A DNA stretch of 63,984 nt, filler included, from Craspedostauros australis (GCA_030167865.1; 7 parts of 7 records of this genome joined end to end with filler, not necessarily neighbours in it); one strand, 5' to 3'; shown: positions 12,469 through 25,187, counted from the first letter of the whole stretch. Notes: generated by a model from the sequence alone, not told the origin. Made by a program: numbers and translations.

Positions 12469-14098
12469 TGCCATACTAAAGTACGCATCTCATTGGACCA
12501 TGTGCTGAGCGGCTGTGGGGCAGCCGCGATCTCTTCCTTTTTCGTGTGATGATGTGACTTGATGAACGTTTCTTGTAATAGTATGGAAGGCCTAGTTATG
12601 ATTACTTGGCTGTCGTCTTCTGCTTGCTGTATGAGAGTGAACGATGCCCTGACTGTATCGTGCGATAGCGCGATATGACAGCTCTTGATCTTAGTAGAGC
12701 GATGGACGGAACAGGATGACCGATGACTCTGGCGTTGCCGATCTGCTGATCGAAGAAGGATGACGATGCCGAAAGATGTTGCGTCATGCGTGAGGTTGAA
12801 GCTTCAAGGAACATGACAGACAACACAGGATGATGGAGTCGTTGCGATTTTGGGCGCGAAGTTGGTGATCGGCTGCGCGCCAAATCGTGGCGCTATCACA
12901 AAGCGTTACTTACAGTTGCGGGCTTGACGTCGTTCTGTCAAAGGCGAACTTTATTTGGTGTTGGCACAAAGCGCGCTGGCTGGGATGCAGAATGCCAGCA
13001 GGGCAGCTTCCCATAAATCATGGGCATCTGTTCGTGACCACACACAATTATGCCACGCGTCCCTATTTATATTGAATGTTGTGGCTCTGTGTTCGTTGTG
13101 TGCGCTTTGCTGGCACTTTGTGGATGGGATGGTCGCGGAGAGCCGTTTACTCCAGCTCTGGTGCTCTCTCTGTGTGCACCAAAGGTTGGTTTTGATGCCC
13201 AGATGCTGGACGAGCCACTGGCATCACCTTTCGCTATCCTCAGTCGCTGAACATTATCGTTACATCCCGAGGTTGGGAGGCAGTGTCGACGGTGTACGAC
13301 TACGACTATGCGCTGTGCTATGATGTCCGTGGCGGCAGTTCGAGACGCGACCCGTTCCTTTCGTCGCTTTCGTTCTGGCAGAGCCCTGATGAAGATTGAA
13401 CAAGCCCCTCTACCATTTGGAGCGCTCCCCAGAACTAATTTTGCAAGCGACGATTTCCTGTCCCAGAGAACACGGGATATGACCGTAACATACTCGCATC
13501 GGCAGTCAAGGGCACGAGAGACTTTCGCGATTTTGAGTGGAAGGAGGGCTGAACGACCTTCGTGAGCGCGCCAACAGGACGCGATGGAGCAGTACCGATT
13601 GGGAGAATTTGATCAACGGGAGAGAAATTTAAGAAAGTGATACTCGTAAAGCCTCTGTGGCCTTCTCTCTCGCACGAATAGACACGAGAAGGTTCGCAGA
13701 GAACCGAGCTGCCGCGTCGGCATGAATAGTATCTGCAGTTGTTCGAATGCGAATGGCCGTATGTCCCTACCTTTCTCCACGAGATAAGGCAGATAACATC
13801 ACGCACGTGTCGTCTGGCAACCACCACAACACGACTGTGCTGCGCGAGATCACCACAACGAACCAGGCTGCGGAACCCGACGGCTCCAAGAGTGGGGACA
13901 CCTGCGCAACGGCCGAAGAGAGACATAGATCGTACCATTGGCGTCAGACCACGCATACCACGACGAGCTAAAGAGCAATCACTAAAGAGCAACCACCACA
14001 ACACCTTCAATACCGACCAGGGCACTGCGAAAGACGCGAGATTGACTCCTCATCGTTCACATCGCAAGCACCGAGTGCAAAGACAGGCTTTGCTCATC

Positions 14099-14301
14099 AT
14101 GGGGAATACGAGTGGAGAGACCTATCGACCAACAGCGGTTGCTTCGAGAACTGTGCAATTGCTGTGCTGTGCATTCATCCTTTCATCGAACGTTTCAGCG
14201 ATCTCGCCTCTGAGGTACGAGGACATTGACAACAGCCAGCATCATTACCGAGTTGTCGAGTCCCAACACCACCAGACTATGAGTGGCTTGCACCGCCACA
14301 C

Positions 14302-14367
<66 letters not shown>

Positions 14368-17300
14368 GCAGCAGCAACAACAACAGCAACAGCAACAGCG
14401 TCGACAACTAGCCACCGCGGCGAGCGTCTCGCCTCGCGGCATCGTCCAGTCAGGGCGTAGCGTTGCCTGGGACGATGCCTTGATCCAGATTCTGGAGGAG
14501 CAAATCGCAGAAGACTCTGGAGGTGCAGACAGCGGCAGTAGCAATGAACCCAGGTTGTGCAACTTTACAGGCAGCATCCTCCTGGCAGGTCCGTCATCGC
14601 TGCAGTCGTCGTCGCGATTCTTCACGATCGGAAGCCGCCAGTTCCGGGCGATGCAACTCATGATCGACAGGATCAACCGTCTGCGTTGCGGAGTGAGAAT
14701 ACGGCGGCAGATAAGCTCCTCTGGAACCGATGCCATCGAAGGGCAGGGAGACGGTGTGTACCACTATGACGATGACTATGACTACTTCTCGTTGGAAATG
14801 GACACGTACGATGATCAATCCTCCACCACGTGGACGAAGGCGATTGCCAAGTACCTACTCACTACTTCGCAAGACGATAGCATCACCAATACTACAGGAG
14901 AACTGGAAGCACCATCATCCACCTCATTGGTGTCAACGACGCGACCGCGCATCCTGCTCGGCGGGTATTCATCGGGTCTTACGTCACCGTACGCCGACTT
15001 GGTTGCCACCGCAGCAACGGATGATTCGGAGACGACAAACCCAATGCTGCTGATGGCTCCTGGTGCCGCTTCCACAACGTTGTTCCGCGACAACAACGAG
15101 CGCATCCGAGAGCACGGTGCAGCCAGCAACAACAGCAGCAACAGCAGCAATCACATCTTCGGAACATTTCCACCCACCTCGCAGTACCTAAAACCGGTGT
15201 TTGAAGGGCTGTCGCGGGCAGGCGCAAAAACAGTGGCCACGCTCTTCGAGTCTGCCCTTTTCACCAGAGGCGTCTGCTCCGCCGCTGGGCAATGGGCAGG
15301 CCAGTATGGTATGGACCTCAAGAAGGAATTCGACATCAATGCTGTTCATGATGAGCTGGAGAAGCAGAAGCAAAATGGCGGCAGTGCAGAATTGACAACT
15401 CTCACCTTGGAAGATTACATCCATATTGCGAGGCAGTTGTCTCCAACCACGTCGGAGGCAGCAGGAGCAGCATCTGAGGCTCACACCGATCCATCTGCAC
15501 AAGATCCGGACGTTGTCATCGCCTGCGTCTACAACCAAGGCTGCAAGTACTGGATGCAGGCCATGAGGATCGTGGGTTGGTCACCGAAAGCGCAGGTCTT
15601 CACCGTCTGCGTTGGTCTTCAAGACTTCACCGAATCGGTGGGGAAGATCGACTCGAGCTACATCCTGGGTGTGACGCCGTGGGATTCGTCATTGCCCATC
15701 AATGATCCGGTATCGCAGCTCTCCGCCGCAGAGTTTGCGCGAGAGATGCGGCTGGAAACATCGGATAGCGATGTCACGTATCATGCGGCGTCGGCTGCCA
15801 GCGTCATTTCGATCCTGGTCCAGGCAATGGAGGCGACAAATCTGATCCCTCACGGCGATGAACCTTTCACGCAAATGCAGGCGAACACAACCCTCTCCAA
15901 CACGCAAGCTCTGGCGGACCACATAGCTACGCATCATTTCCCTACGGTGTACGGCAATGTCTCTTTTGACGAGAATGGCCAGAGCAAGGCACCTTCGCTG
16001 CTCATACAGTACGATGCAGATGGCAACGTGAAGACGGTGTTCCCGACTCCGGTGGGCGATGGTGGCAGTACACCTCTCGCAGGCGCGGAAGCCAATCCAT
16101 TGCAGATCCTCTACCCCATGCCCACATGGGACTACAGAGACTGCATTCACAAATCACCATGTGGCTTGAATAATTTTGATTGCAATCCCGATGGCACGTG
16201 CAAGTGCTCACGCCATGCTACTCATGTGGCTGCTGATCCAAGCAAGAACACGGACACGTCGACACAGACAACGCCACGCGAAACGCCCTCCATGGTTTCT
16301 CGTTCACGATCTGTCGGCACCGGAATCAACGCACAGTGCATTCCGGAGGAGGACCTGAACTTTATCCCGACGGAACTCAAGGTTGTGGGATACTCGTTCG
16401 TGGGGGTCGTGGGATGCGCCTGCATCGGTCTTCTGATATGGCTGCACCTTTACAAGAAGAATCCACTGATCAGAGTATCACAGCCCATATTCCTGTGCTG
16501 GATCATCATCGGGTCAATGATATCCATTTCTTCCATCATTCCGATGAGCTTCGAGTACGGATACGACGATGACAACGTAGAGAGCATCAATGGCAATGCC
16601 AACAGAGCTGGAAATGGCAACACGCGAACGCTGCATGCAATGGACCATGCCTGCATGGCCATACCGTGGCTCTGGGGCGTGGGCTTCGTGGTTACTTTCT
16701 CAGCACTATTCGCAAAGGTGTGGCGCGTCAAAGAGCTGTACCGTGCCAGCACGCAGTTTCGGCGCAAGACGGTGCAGGTGCATTCGATCGTTTGGTTCAT
16801 GGGCGTGTTCCTCTTCTTCGAATTGGCGATCCTCGTCGCATTCCAGGTGCATTCTCCGCACCACTGGCAGCGAAAAGCGGTGGACTCCATCACCATGATA
16901 CAGCAGGGGCAATCTTCACTTCAAACCTCGCCGGACGACATGGTGGGCGAATTTGCGTTGTCATCCGTCGGGAAATGCACTTCGGAGTCAGGTTGGTGGT
17001 ATTACCTGGCGCTTGTTTCCTACAACGTCTTGTGCCTATTTTACGCGCTCATCCTGTGCTTCCAAACCAAGGACATCCCGAGCGACTTTGCAGAATCATC
17101 GCACATCTTCCTGGCGGTGATGTTCCTATTCCAGATCCTTCTGCTGGCCGTTCCCGTCTCCGCCATGGTGCGAGACGACACCACGGTCTTCTACTTCGTG
17201 CGAATATGCGCCGTGATGCTGCAGAATAGCACCGTCCTCATCATCCTTTTCGCTCCCAAGATGCGACGCGTTTGGCAAGGAAAAGATACACTGCAGGACA

Positions 17301-18103
17301 TCCGCACCGCCGTCTTTTCAGCAAAGAAGGTCAAGGGATCGTCCGACCAGCAGAATCGCCAGAGCCAGATCAATGATACCACGGCAAATCGCAGAATCAG
17401 CGGGCTGGAAAGCAACTACTACCACCCTGGTGCACCCGGAGCGGTCGCCGGCCTGGCAAGGCATACAGTCATCGGCACCGGTGGTGCCGGCAGCGCTGGC
17501 GTTGGGCTCAGTGATGCAAGGCCGCCCCGTCAGCAGCTCCCACCTGCAAGGCACTCAATCATTGGGCTATCACAACCGGGGCACTCCAAAGCGACGATCT
17601 CGCCGCGCAGTCAGCAGTCAGCATACTCGTACACAGGAATGGCATTGCCGACAATACCGATGGAACAGCCATTCCCAGAGCATTCCACAGAGGAATCTTC
17701 CAACAGCAACACCGAAAGCGACTCGGGCCGTCGCGCCCGGCTGTCTCAACCAGAAGCGCTGGAAACACCCGGATCTTCAAGCGGGGCCGATTTACAAACG
17801 ACACAGAACCTGGACGCGATGATACATGTGACAACAACAGAAGAGGAGGAGGATGTAGAAGCAAGAGTAGCAGTGGTCACAGCGGGCGCGCTGGAAGCAC
17901 CACATTCGCTGAGCAGCTCAAACACTTGCAGCGTGGATCTCGCTGAATCAAGCAATGGAGCAACATCGCCAGCGCAGCCACCGCGACGCACCACATCATA
18001 CCGAATTCAATATGACGGATCAATAGCCGCAAGCATCGTCTCAGATCGGGGTGACAACAACACGACGATCACCTCAGCTTCTCTGCCTGAGGAGCACGCT
18101 TGA
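14099..18103 (+). CDS. Class C (GABA-B-like) G-protein-coupled receptor with Venus-flytrap ectodomain, about 1334 aa
   Basis: Hydrophobic signal segment after Met at 14099; periplasmic-binding-protein type 1 motifs (YDDQSS, LGGYSSGLT, APGAAS, YGNVSFDENG); Cys-rich linker; seven TM segments with 7tm_3 motifs (IRVSQPIFL, CMAIPWLWGVGF...FAKVWRV, FAESSHI). The ORF track starts at a non-ATG codon upstream. Confidence 0.88.
14303..14398 (+). repeat. CAA/CAG repeat encoding a 32-Gln tract in the GPCR N-terminus
   Basis: 96 nt of (CAACAG)n/(CAG)n in frame. Confidence 0.95.
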
Positions 18104-18539
18104 GGCGATGGGCACGATTCGACGACGCTTACTAACACTCCGTACTAAATATCATGTATATTACATACCAGGCACCCAGGCATGGAGCAGAGCACGGCTG
18201 TCCATCCTACTCTAGCTCGCAACGTGTAGCATGCCAACAACAAAACAAGCTGTTCGTGATTCATGTCATGAATGAATCGTATTTGATGACGTCAGTCGTT
18301 ACACCAAACATCTCCAACCAAGCGAAGTCCTGCCACCCATCAACCATCACATCGCACCACAATTCTCTTCCTTGCGGGGCAGACCCAATCCATCCTTGGA
18401 AGAGGCATCAACCATCACGACATACGCAGAGTTGAATCCAGTCAACGAATAGTCGTAAGGGAAGCAACTTCATGAGAGAAGCAGCACATTAACAGTATCA
18501 TCCCATCGACGTTGTACCCAATCCAGCGAGCGCTTCCAG

Positions 18540-20732
18540 ATGATGGACGCATCATTCTTCGCCAAGTTCGCACCGAAGGTGGCGATCCGAGAAATCCTGA
18601 GCGGCGGCCGAGACTCTACATCAGCAGCAGCAGCAGCAACAACAACAACATCAGAGCAGCCGGAGCGCGGTCTATTCGCAACCCAAGACATCTACCAAGG
18701 AGAGCGGCTCTTGGTGCTGCCCAAGCAATGTCTGCTCAGCGAAGGTCGGTTGTACGACATTGCCAACGCCGATGCGCTGCCGAACCTGACCGATGGTGCT
18801 GACAAAGCATCCACGTTCGAAGCTAGACTCTGCCAAGAGATTCTGAAGCTGCGGCAGGCACTTTCCGAGCAAGGTGGGATGAATCTTGTGCTGCAGACTG
18901 CACAACAGCAAGGCTATCAATGGAGGAGCGACGATGCCGTGGCGCTATTTCTGATTGCCATGCGGAAGTTCATGGACAGTACCGCAGCAGGCAATGAGGA
19001 AGGAGCAGAGGACAGCATCGATCCTTCGCGCGAACGGCCGGTGGGTGGAGCGGAAGATGAGATGGTTGAAATCCCCATCGTTGGTGCGGAAGTGGCGCAC
19101 GAAGATGACGATGGCGTCCACGCTGCTGATCCGTCTCGACATGTTGATGGACATCCGACTTCTGATGCAGCAACGCAAACAGCTGTGGTGGAAGTGGTTC
19201 AGGCTCTTCCAACTGTCGGAACTGATGCAGATGCAGATGCATCTCATGTCATCGATATCCAGCCATCGGATGTTGTCGTTGCAGCTGACGCGCAAGCGCA
19301 CACTGCAGAGGGAGTTGTTGAAACTCCCGACCCAGCATCGCAATCCAACGATCAAATTGCAGCAACAGTAGCACATCAAGCAGCAGTATCAACACCAACA
19401 CCAATCTCAACACCCGTCCAGACCGAATCCATCCAAGATCTCCTCTCCTCATATTCCTTCCAACAGCACGTCGAGCTGTTGCCGCGAACGTACCCAACCA
19501 ACCCGCTCTACTTCACGCCCGACGAATTGGAACGATTGGAAGGTACCAACTGTCATGCATTCACGGTGCGCTTGAAGCAACAGCTGCAGACGGATTGGCA
19601 GGCCATCACGCAGTTGCTTCGAATTTATCGGTACACCAAAATGATGGCAGCCGATAATGACAACCCCGCACTGGATGATGATGTCAACGATGCAACGGCG
19701 GAACAAGTCGACGAATATCTGTTACAACTCGGTGACGAAGACGTGGGGCTCTACCAATGGGCGCTATGCACCATCTACAGCCGCTCCACGGATTTTGCTT
19801 CCCATGCGAACGCAGCCAGCGCTGCTGCAGGCAACACGAGTCGTGTCATCGCACCAGTTTTTGACATGATGAATCATGACTTCGATTCTCCAGTCACCCA
19901 CGCGATGGACGATGACGGGAACCTATCCGTGTTCAATCACACAGACGCCATCATCCCGGCAGGCACAGAAATCTGTTTGAATTACGGCAACTTCCCAAAT
20001 GAAAAGTTCCTGCTGATTTACGGATTCGTCGTGAAAGGCAATCCCAATAACGCAATCCAGCTTTACGCTCCATTGCAGCCGGCGGATCCATTCTATGCGA
20101 TCAAGGTGCAGATCATGACGCAGTACTGCGATGCCAAGGCAACTGCGGACGGCAACGACGATGACGTTGGTGAACCCAGCGTCATTCCAATCGATCCCAA
20201 CCAGCCTCACTTGCTGACGAAAGCCACGCCGCTGCCAATGAAGCTGATCAAGATTCTTCGGATCATGGGTATCCAAACGGAAGAAGGCCTGAATCAGGTC
20301 TTGCAACTCATTTCCAGTAACATCGAAGCAGCAGCAACGTTCGATGCGCCACTGAGCCGTGAGAATGAGATATCAGCGTTGTCCAGCCTTTCGCATGCGC
20401 TGCAAACCATGGCACGGCAGCTGGCGTTGAATCTGATCAGCGATGACAACTTGAAAGCCGCTGCCGGTGGTTCGAATCCTTTGGGCGTGTTGATCTCGCA
20501 GCAGCTACAGCGGGAAGGCCGCTTGCTGCAGAGCATTCGAGAGTCAGACGGAGATGGTGACAACGATGACGACGGTGCTGAGAATGATAACGATATGGGA
20601 GGCGCCATCGATCAGACAGCACGCCACAGAACGAACTTGGAAAACGTCAAGGAGCTGTGTCGATCGGAGTATGAAATCTTGCAACTCGCAATTGCTGACA
20701 TCACCAGCAGAATGGAAAAGTTGGAACCATAG
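18540..20732 (+). CDS. SET-domain protein-lysine methyltransferase (Rubisco-LSMT/SETD3-SETD4-like), 730 aa
   Basis: RGLFATQDI...LLVLP, YQWALCTIYSRS, IAPVFDMMNHD and GTEICLNYGNFPNEKFLLIYGF motifs; acidic low-complexity insert. Confidence 0.85.
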   Translation: MMDASFFAKFAPKVAIREILSGGRDSTSAAAAATTTTSEQPERGLFATQDIYQGERLLVLPKQCLLSEGRLYDIANADALPNLTDGADKASTFEARLCQEILKLRQALSEQGGMNLVLQTAQQQGYQWRSDDAVALFLIAMRKFMDSTAAGNEEGAEDSIDPSRERPVGGAEDEMVEIPIVGAEVAHEDDDGVHAADPSRHVDGHPTSDAATQTAVVEVVQALPTVGTDADADASHVIDIQPSDVVVAADAQAHTAEGVVETPDPASQSNDQIAATVAHQAAVSTPTPISTPVQTESIQDLLSSYSFQQHVELLPRTYPTNPLYFTPDELERLEGTNCHAFTVRLKQQLQTDWQAITQLLRIYRYTKMMAADNDNPALDDDVNDATAEQVDEYLLQLGDEDVGLYQWALCTIYSRSTDFASHANAASAAAGNTSRVIAPVFDMMNHDFDSPVTHAMDDDGNLSVFNHTDAIIPAGTEICLNYGNFPNEKFLLIYGFVVKGNPNNAIQLYAPLQPADPFYAIKVQIMTQYCDAKATADGNDDDVGEPSVIPIDPNQPHLLTKATPLPMKLIKILRIMGIQTEEGLNQVLQLISSNIEAAATFDAPLSRENEISALSSLSHALQTMARQLALNLISDDNLKAAAGGSNPLGVLISQQLQREGRLLQSIRESDGDGDNDDDGAENDNDMGGAIDQTARHRTNLENVKELCRSEYEILQLAIADITSRMEKLEP

Positions 20733-21062
20733 AGAATCTTGATGGACTCTGTAACTTCTTGGCTTTTCTATTCTTGTTTTGGTATGCTTTGTGAATTATA
20801 TCTTCTTGTTTGTATGGCGCATTTATATTCATTCATTGTGCGTGTGTATGCGTGTGTATGCGTGATGTGTCTGTAAGTCTGTATGGATGTGTACGTGTAT
20901 GTATTGGTGAATGGCTGTTGCTTGTGCTCGTGGATGTGTGCCTACATCTCTCTTTTGCTCTTTGTATATCTTGCTTGGGCTTCGTCTTCGTTTGAACTCT
21001 GGGTGGACGATCTGCGTTGCCAATTCCGCACTTGTCATCGTCGCATGAGTGTTGGTGCGAGT

Positions 21063-21719
21063 TCATTGAAATGGCAAAGCCGGTGGCAACGTCGAGGGTG
21101 CATCGATGGAACGGTCTGGATCCTTGGCATCGACGCTGTCGCGCAATTTGGGCCGCTTGGTCCGAGACGACGGCGATGACAGCGAGACTCTGCGAGAGTT
21201 GCGCCCTCGTCGTCTGCGTCGTTTCGGCTTGTCGGTATTGCGCACGGTCCGCAATCCTGACACAATTCGCTTCTCAAAGTGTTGCGTCCCATCCCTCATC
21301 TGGGTCTCCTTAAAGCGCAGCCACGTGCCGTCCTCCAACTGAATCTTCGTTACCGTGATCGAAGCCACCCCAATCGCATCGTTGAATCTGGAACAACCGT
21401 CATCTCGCTTCTGCACGTCCACGTACACATGACTGTCGTTGTTGTGCTGCGATGGCAGTGACCGCGAAGACGGTGACGTCATGGACGATACGGAAGTGAT
21501 GGTGGGTGAAGACGGCGATGGCGATGGCGTGGATGTGTATGACACGGATGATGCAGATGAAATTGACGAGACGGACCTTTGAGAGCGCTGGGAATTGTGT
21601 TCTACCAAGGATGAGAACATACTGAGCTGTTGCTGCAAGGCGTTCGTCATGCTTGCGAGCGGGACCAGCTGTGCCATGCTGGCCAGATCGGCCATGGTCA
21701 TCATCGGTGTTGCTGACAT
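21063..21719 (-). CDS. Hypothetical Ser-rich protein, about 218 aa
   Basis: ATG-initiated ORF with coding-like composition, convergent with the SET gene; no family recognised. Confidence 0.55.
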   Translation of the reverse strand: MSATPMMTMADLASMAQLVPLASMTNALQQQLSMFSSLVEHNSQRSQRSVSSISSASSVSYTSTPSPSPSSPTITSVSSMTSPSSRSLPSQHNNDSHVYVDVQKRDDGCSRFNDAIGVASITVTKIQLEDGTWLRFKETQMRDGTQHFEKRIVSGLRTVRNTDKPKRRRRRGRNSRRVSLSSPSSRTKRPKLRDSVDAKDPDRSIDAPSTLPPALPFQ

Positions 21720-22199
21720 CTTGGTGGATGGATTGCAGAATACTCTCTTTGGTATGAATGGCAATCAGCAATTTGTGAGATGAGACCAGATGAGATCAGC
21801 ACAGACCAGCACAGACCAGCAACGTCCGCAAAACTCCAAGTCAACCAACGAATCGATGAAGGGATCGATGAAGGGATCAATGAACAAATCAACGGCTCAT
21901 TTGTCAACTCCACCGTCGCACCTTATCGGCCGCCCAACAAGCGAAGGGAGACACGCATTCGTGCGGATCGCCGCAGAGAGAGAGAGAGAGACAGGACATG
22001 TGTGGCGATCCCTCCGACGGTGACTCCTGTTGTGGAAATGTCCAGAGCCGAATCCACCCGAAATGACGCTTCGCCATTTTGTTCGGCATCCGTGATTCGA
22101 AGAAGCGGGAATGGGCTTTGATTCAGAAAATAGAATCCTTCCAGCCGCGCGTCCCAGTGGTGGCGATGTCAGTTGAGAGAGTGTACGTGCACAGCCTAA

Positions 22200-25100
22200 T
22201 CATTGCGTTGATCCAGCCAAGTCATGCAATCGTTGAGCGCAGGCGGCCGATCTATCATCTGTCAGCAGTATCAACCGACAGTCCGACTGCTGAACTGTGC
22301 AAGAGAAGAACATGGTCGACGTCTGCATGAATTCGCAAGCCACGATAGCAGCTCCGTCAACCCAATCTTCGATGCAATTGGAGCCGTCATTTCGGCCAAA
22401 GCCCCATCGCTTCCACCACGCATCGTTCTGGCGAAACGTTTCATCCATCTCCACCTGATGCAATTCACGAACATCCAGGTTCCTTTCTCGCAAAAGCTCT
22501 GCGCATTCGCTGCGTGTGAGGCCGAGCACACGTTTGGTGGCACAATATGCCAAAAGATCGATTCCCTCATCCATTATGGCGTACCGTCCGCGATAGTCAA
22601 CGGCGGCCGCGGATGCTGCATCCATAGGAATCTGGCACAAGGTGATCCCGGCTTCGGTGGGATTGAACTTAGCACCGCCGGCATACAAGCTCCTTGCTTC
22701 TGCAGATAATAATCCGATTGAGAAGTAGCTCATTTTGTGGTGACTGCCGCTGCTGCCGTTGCACTGCTTGTCATTGCTGCCCACACAGATGGTAGATGCT
22801 ACGTCTATGGGTTGCCGGTACTGCTGTCGTGCCGTGGCCGTTTGCCTCATCCCAGTCAAGATGACGAGATTCTCGATGGGGAAACGCTGTACATCTCTTG
22901 CAAGATGATCTTGGGTTGGATTCAGCCCTAAGAAGTCCAGGAATTCCTTCGCAAGTGACGGGTGCGGTTTTGGAAACATCGGGACGTATAAAGCTGGGCG
23001 CTTCATGTCTTGGTCTGCAGCTTCAATTGAATCAGCATTTTTGCTTTCTGTTGGAGGCGCGGCTATCATTGCAGTCGATCCATCTGATGTCGCTGCATGA
23101 GGCGTTGCTGCATGCTTGTTGACTATCGTTGATGCTTGATTTATCCATTCCGATGGCAATGTGGACGACTTGCTGTTGCTGTCAACAAAGGCCTTGTGTT
23201 GGTGGAGCCATTGCTGCGCAGTTTCCAAAGTTGGATGACCTTCAACGAACACCTGCTCCGCGGCTGACTGCATTTCAGATGGGAGTATCATTGATATGTA
23301 AGACCGCATCTGCTTCGCAGACGATACAGGGTGGACGATGCGGCCATGAACAAGTTCCTGCATTGCGATCTTGATTGACGATGGCTTTTTATCAAGGGAT
23401 GAATCCTCCTGATACGTCTGTGGGTAGCAGACAGCAAAGTAAGTCGGTGCGACACGCTCGATGATGGCGCAGAAGAAGCCTCCAGAATCCATGTGCTGCG
23501 GCAAGATTCTGCAGCAGTTCGGGAGCATATTCTCGTACAGTGCGATATCCGTTTCGGACAAGATGTCGCCATGTGACATGGCTTTGATCATGCGATCTCT
23601 CTCCGTTTCTTCCAACACTGGCGGTTCATCATTGCCTTCCCGTTGTTGATGTTCCTGGTGTGGATTTGGAAGATTGTTGCTCCGTTCCTTGTCCAAGAGC
23701 TCCCAAGACTCTCTCGTGCGAGTGCACGGCGGGAACATCGAAGGGAGGATGTCCTTCTTACGCAGTTGTTTCGGTACTTCATGCAATTGATTGTACATGA
23801 TGCAACTCCGCGCGGTAAACTTGGGATGAGGAACGCGCCACGTCTCAGTGCCGCGACAGTAGCGAAAGTTGGCTTGACAATCCGATTGCAACCGCTGCGG
23901 TGCTGGCAAGATGCGGTACACGGTTGGTCCGCCCAATCGTGCAATTGCGGTGGTGACGACGGCCTCGTTTTCGATCGGATCCAAGGAACAAGTCGAATAT
24001 ACGACTTTCCCACCCTTCTCCACGATCTCCAACGCCCTCATCAGTAACCTCAGCTGGAGCTTGTGCAACTGCAAATGCGACTTGACAGACCACTGGGACC
24101 ATGCCTTGGCAGACAGCTTCCGCAACGTTCCATCGCCACTGCACGGGACGTCGCAAAGGACTCTGGAGAATTTCAATTTGTACCCGCCCCACTTGCGCAG
24201 GGATGGAAAGTACCTGCCGTCGCTGCAGTTCAGAACCAAGCTCGATCGTGGTTGATGTCGCGAACGTCGTTGAAGGATGAGCAATCGGTTGCGATTGGAG
24301 TCGTTGGCAACCAGCAGGGCGGTGGGTGGTTGAGAGATGATCGTTGTTGCATCCATGTCCAAGTTGTTCGATGCCTGATTGCTCGATGCTGCCAACTCGT
24401 GCAGTTTGTCCAGGATCTGAAGCGACTTCGATCCAGGCGCGCTGCACAAATCGAGTATCGTGACAGGGCGGTCCTTGCCATCTTCGATCTCCTTTTGGCC
24501 GGAGCATGCTGAGGGCAGGTCGAGCAACAAGGGAGGCACCATGCTGCACAATTCCTGCCGTTGAATGACGCCAAGATCCTGCGCATCGGCGAGTATCTTC
24601 TGTGCTGCTTTGGAGAGGTGGCGCAGTGGCTTGGCGCATACCCATGCATGATGAATCCCAACAACATCAGATGGCACGAACGCGTCCTCCTGCGGTGCGT
24701 GCTGCTCGAGGAGATCCATGATACGAAGCGCCGAACTGGGATGGTCGCGGGTGGAATGATGCTGTCTCTGCAAGCGGAACGCGACCTTCAGCGGTAGACG
24801 GTAGAATTGCTTTGCAATATCCCATTCGTCCTGCGTGAAGATATCCCCGTGCAGCAGTTGCTGTTGATAGTAGGCATCATGATCAGCATTCGCAAGCTGT
24901 GATCTTGCTTTCAGCGATGCGTTCGTCCTGCGCTGCACGTTGTCGTCGGCAGGATCGTCTGCACCATCGTCGCCGCTGGCTGTCTTGGTTTCATCGGCAT
25001 GATCGTCTCGGATATGATCAAAGAGACGGTTGCGAGAAGCAAAGTGAGCCCTGCAGATGTTGCATTGGGCAGTTAACTTGGAGGCAACTTCTGAGTTCAT
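22200..25100 (-). CDS. NOL1/NOP2/Sun-family RNA (cytosine-C5)-methyltransferase, NSUN2/Trm4-like, with N-terminal C2H2 zinc finger, 966 aa
   Basis: RQELCSMVPP, LDLCSAPGSKS (SAM binding), ANDS, LCDVPCSGDGTLRK (motif IV Cys), VYSTCSLDPIENEAVV (motif VI Cys), GGFFCA; CNIC...HIRDDH finger. Confidence 0.88.
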   Translation of the reverse strand: MNSEVASKLTAQCNICRAHFASRNRLFDHIRDDHADETKTASGDDGADDPADDNVQRRTNASLKARSQLANADHDAYYQQQLLHGDIFTQDEWDIAKQFYRLPLKVAFRLQRQHHSTRDHPSSALRIMDLLEQHAPQEDAFVPSDVVGIHHAWVCAKPLRHLSKAAQKILADAQDLGVIQRQELCSMVPPLLLDLPSACSGQKEIEDGKDRPVTILDLCSAPGSKSLQILDKLHELAASSNQASNNLDMDATTIISQPPTALLVANDSNRNRLLILQRRSRHQPRSSLVLNCSDGRYFPSLRKWGGYKLKFSRVLCDVPCSGDGTLRKLSAKAWSQWSVKSHLQLHKLQLRLLMRALEIVEKGGKVVYSTCSLDPIENEAVVTTAIARLGGPTVYRILPAPQRLQSDCQANFRYCRGTETWRVPHPKFTARSCIMYNQLHEVPKQLRKKDILPSMFPPCTRTRESWELLDKERSNNLPNPHQEHQQREGNDEPPVLEETERDRMIKAMSHGDILSETDIALYENMLPNCCRILPQHMDSGGFFCAIIERVAPTYFAVCYPQTYQEDSSLDKKPSSIKIAMQELVHGRIVHPVSSAKQMRSYISMILPSEMQSAAEQVFVEGHPTLETAQQWLHQHKAFVDSNSKSSTLPSEWINQASTIVNKHAATPHAATSDGSTAMIAAPPTESKNADSIEAADQDMKRPALYVPMFPKPHPSLAKEFLDFLGLNPTQDHLARDVQRFPIENLVILTGMRQTATARQQYRQPIDVASTICVGSNDKQCNGSSGSHHKMSYFSIGLLSAEARSLYAGGAKFNPTEAGITLCQIPMDAASAAAVDYRGRYAIMDEGIDLLAYCATKRVLGLTRSECAELLRERNLDVRELHQVEMDETFRQNDAWWKRWGFGRNDGSNCIEDWVDGAAIVACEFMQTSTMFFSCTVQQSDCRLILLTDDRSAACAQRLHDLAGSTQ

Positions 25101-25131
25101 TATCCAGAGATCAGCGCATTATCGAACTGGC

Positions 25132-25187
25132 TGGCATTGGTGTTGGCATTGGTGTTGGCATTGGTGTTGGCATTGGTGTTGGTGTTG
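25132..25187. repeat. 12-bp tandem repeat (TGGCATTGGTGT)x4 just upstream of the methyltransferase ATG; reads CCAAT on the gene strand
   Basis: Read directly; regulatory role not shown. Confidence 0.75.

Noticed and set aside
13739..14098. N-terminal extensions in the ORF track (also 56572-57042, 37086-37271, 26595-26819, 34850-35224)
   Set aside because: They rely mostly on GTG/TTG starts or UTR-like sequence; downstream ATGs give proper signal peptides or coding-like starts.
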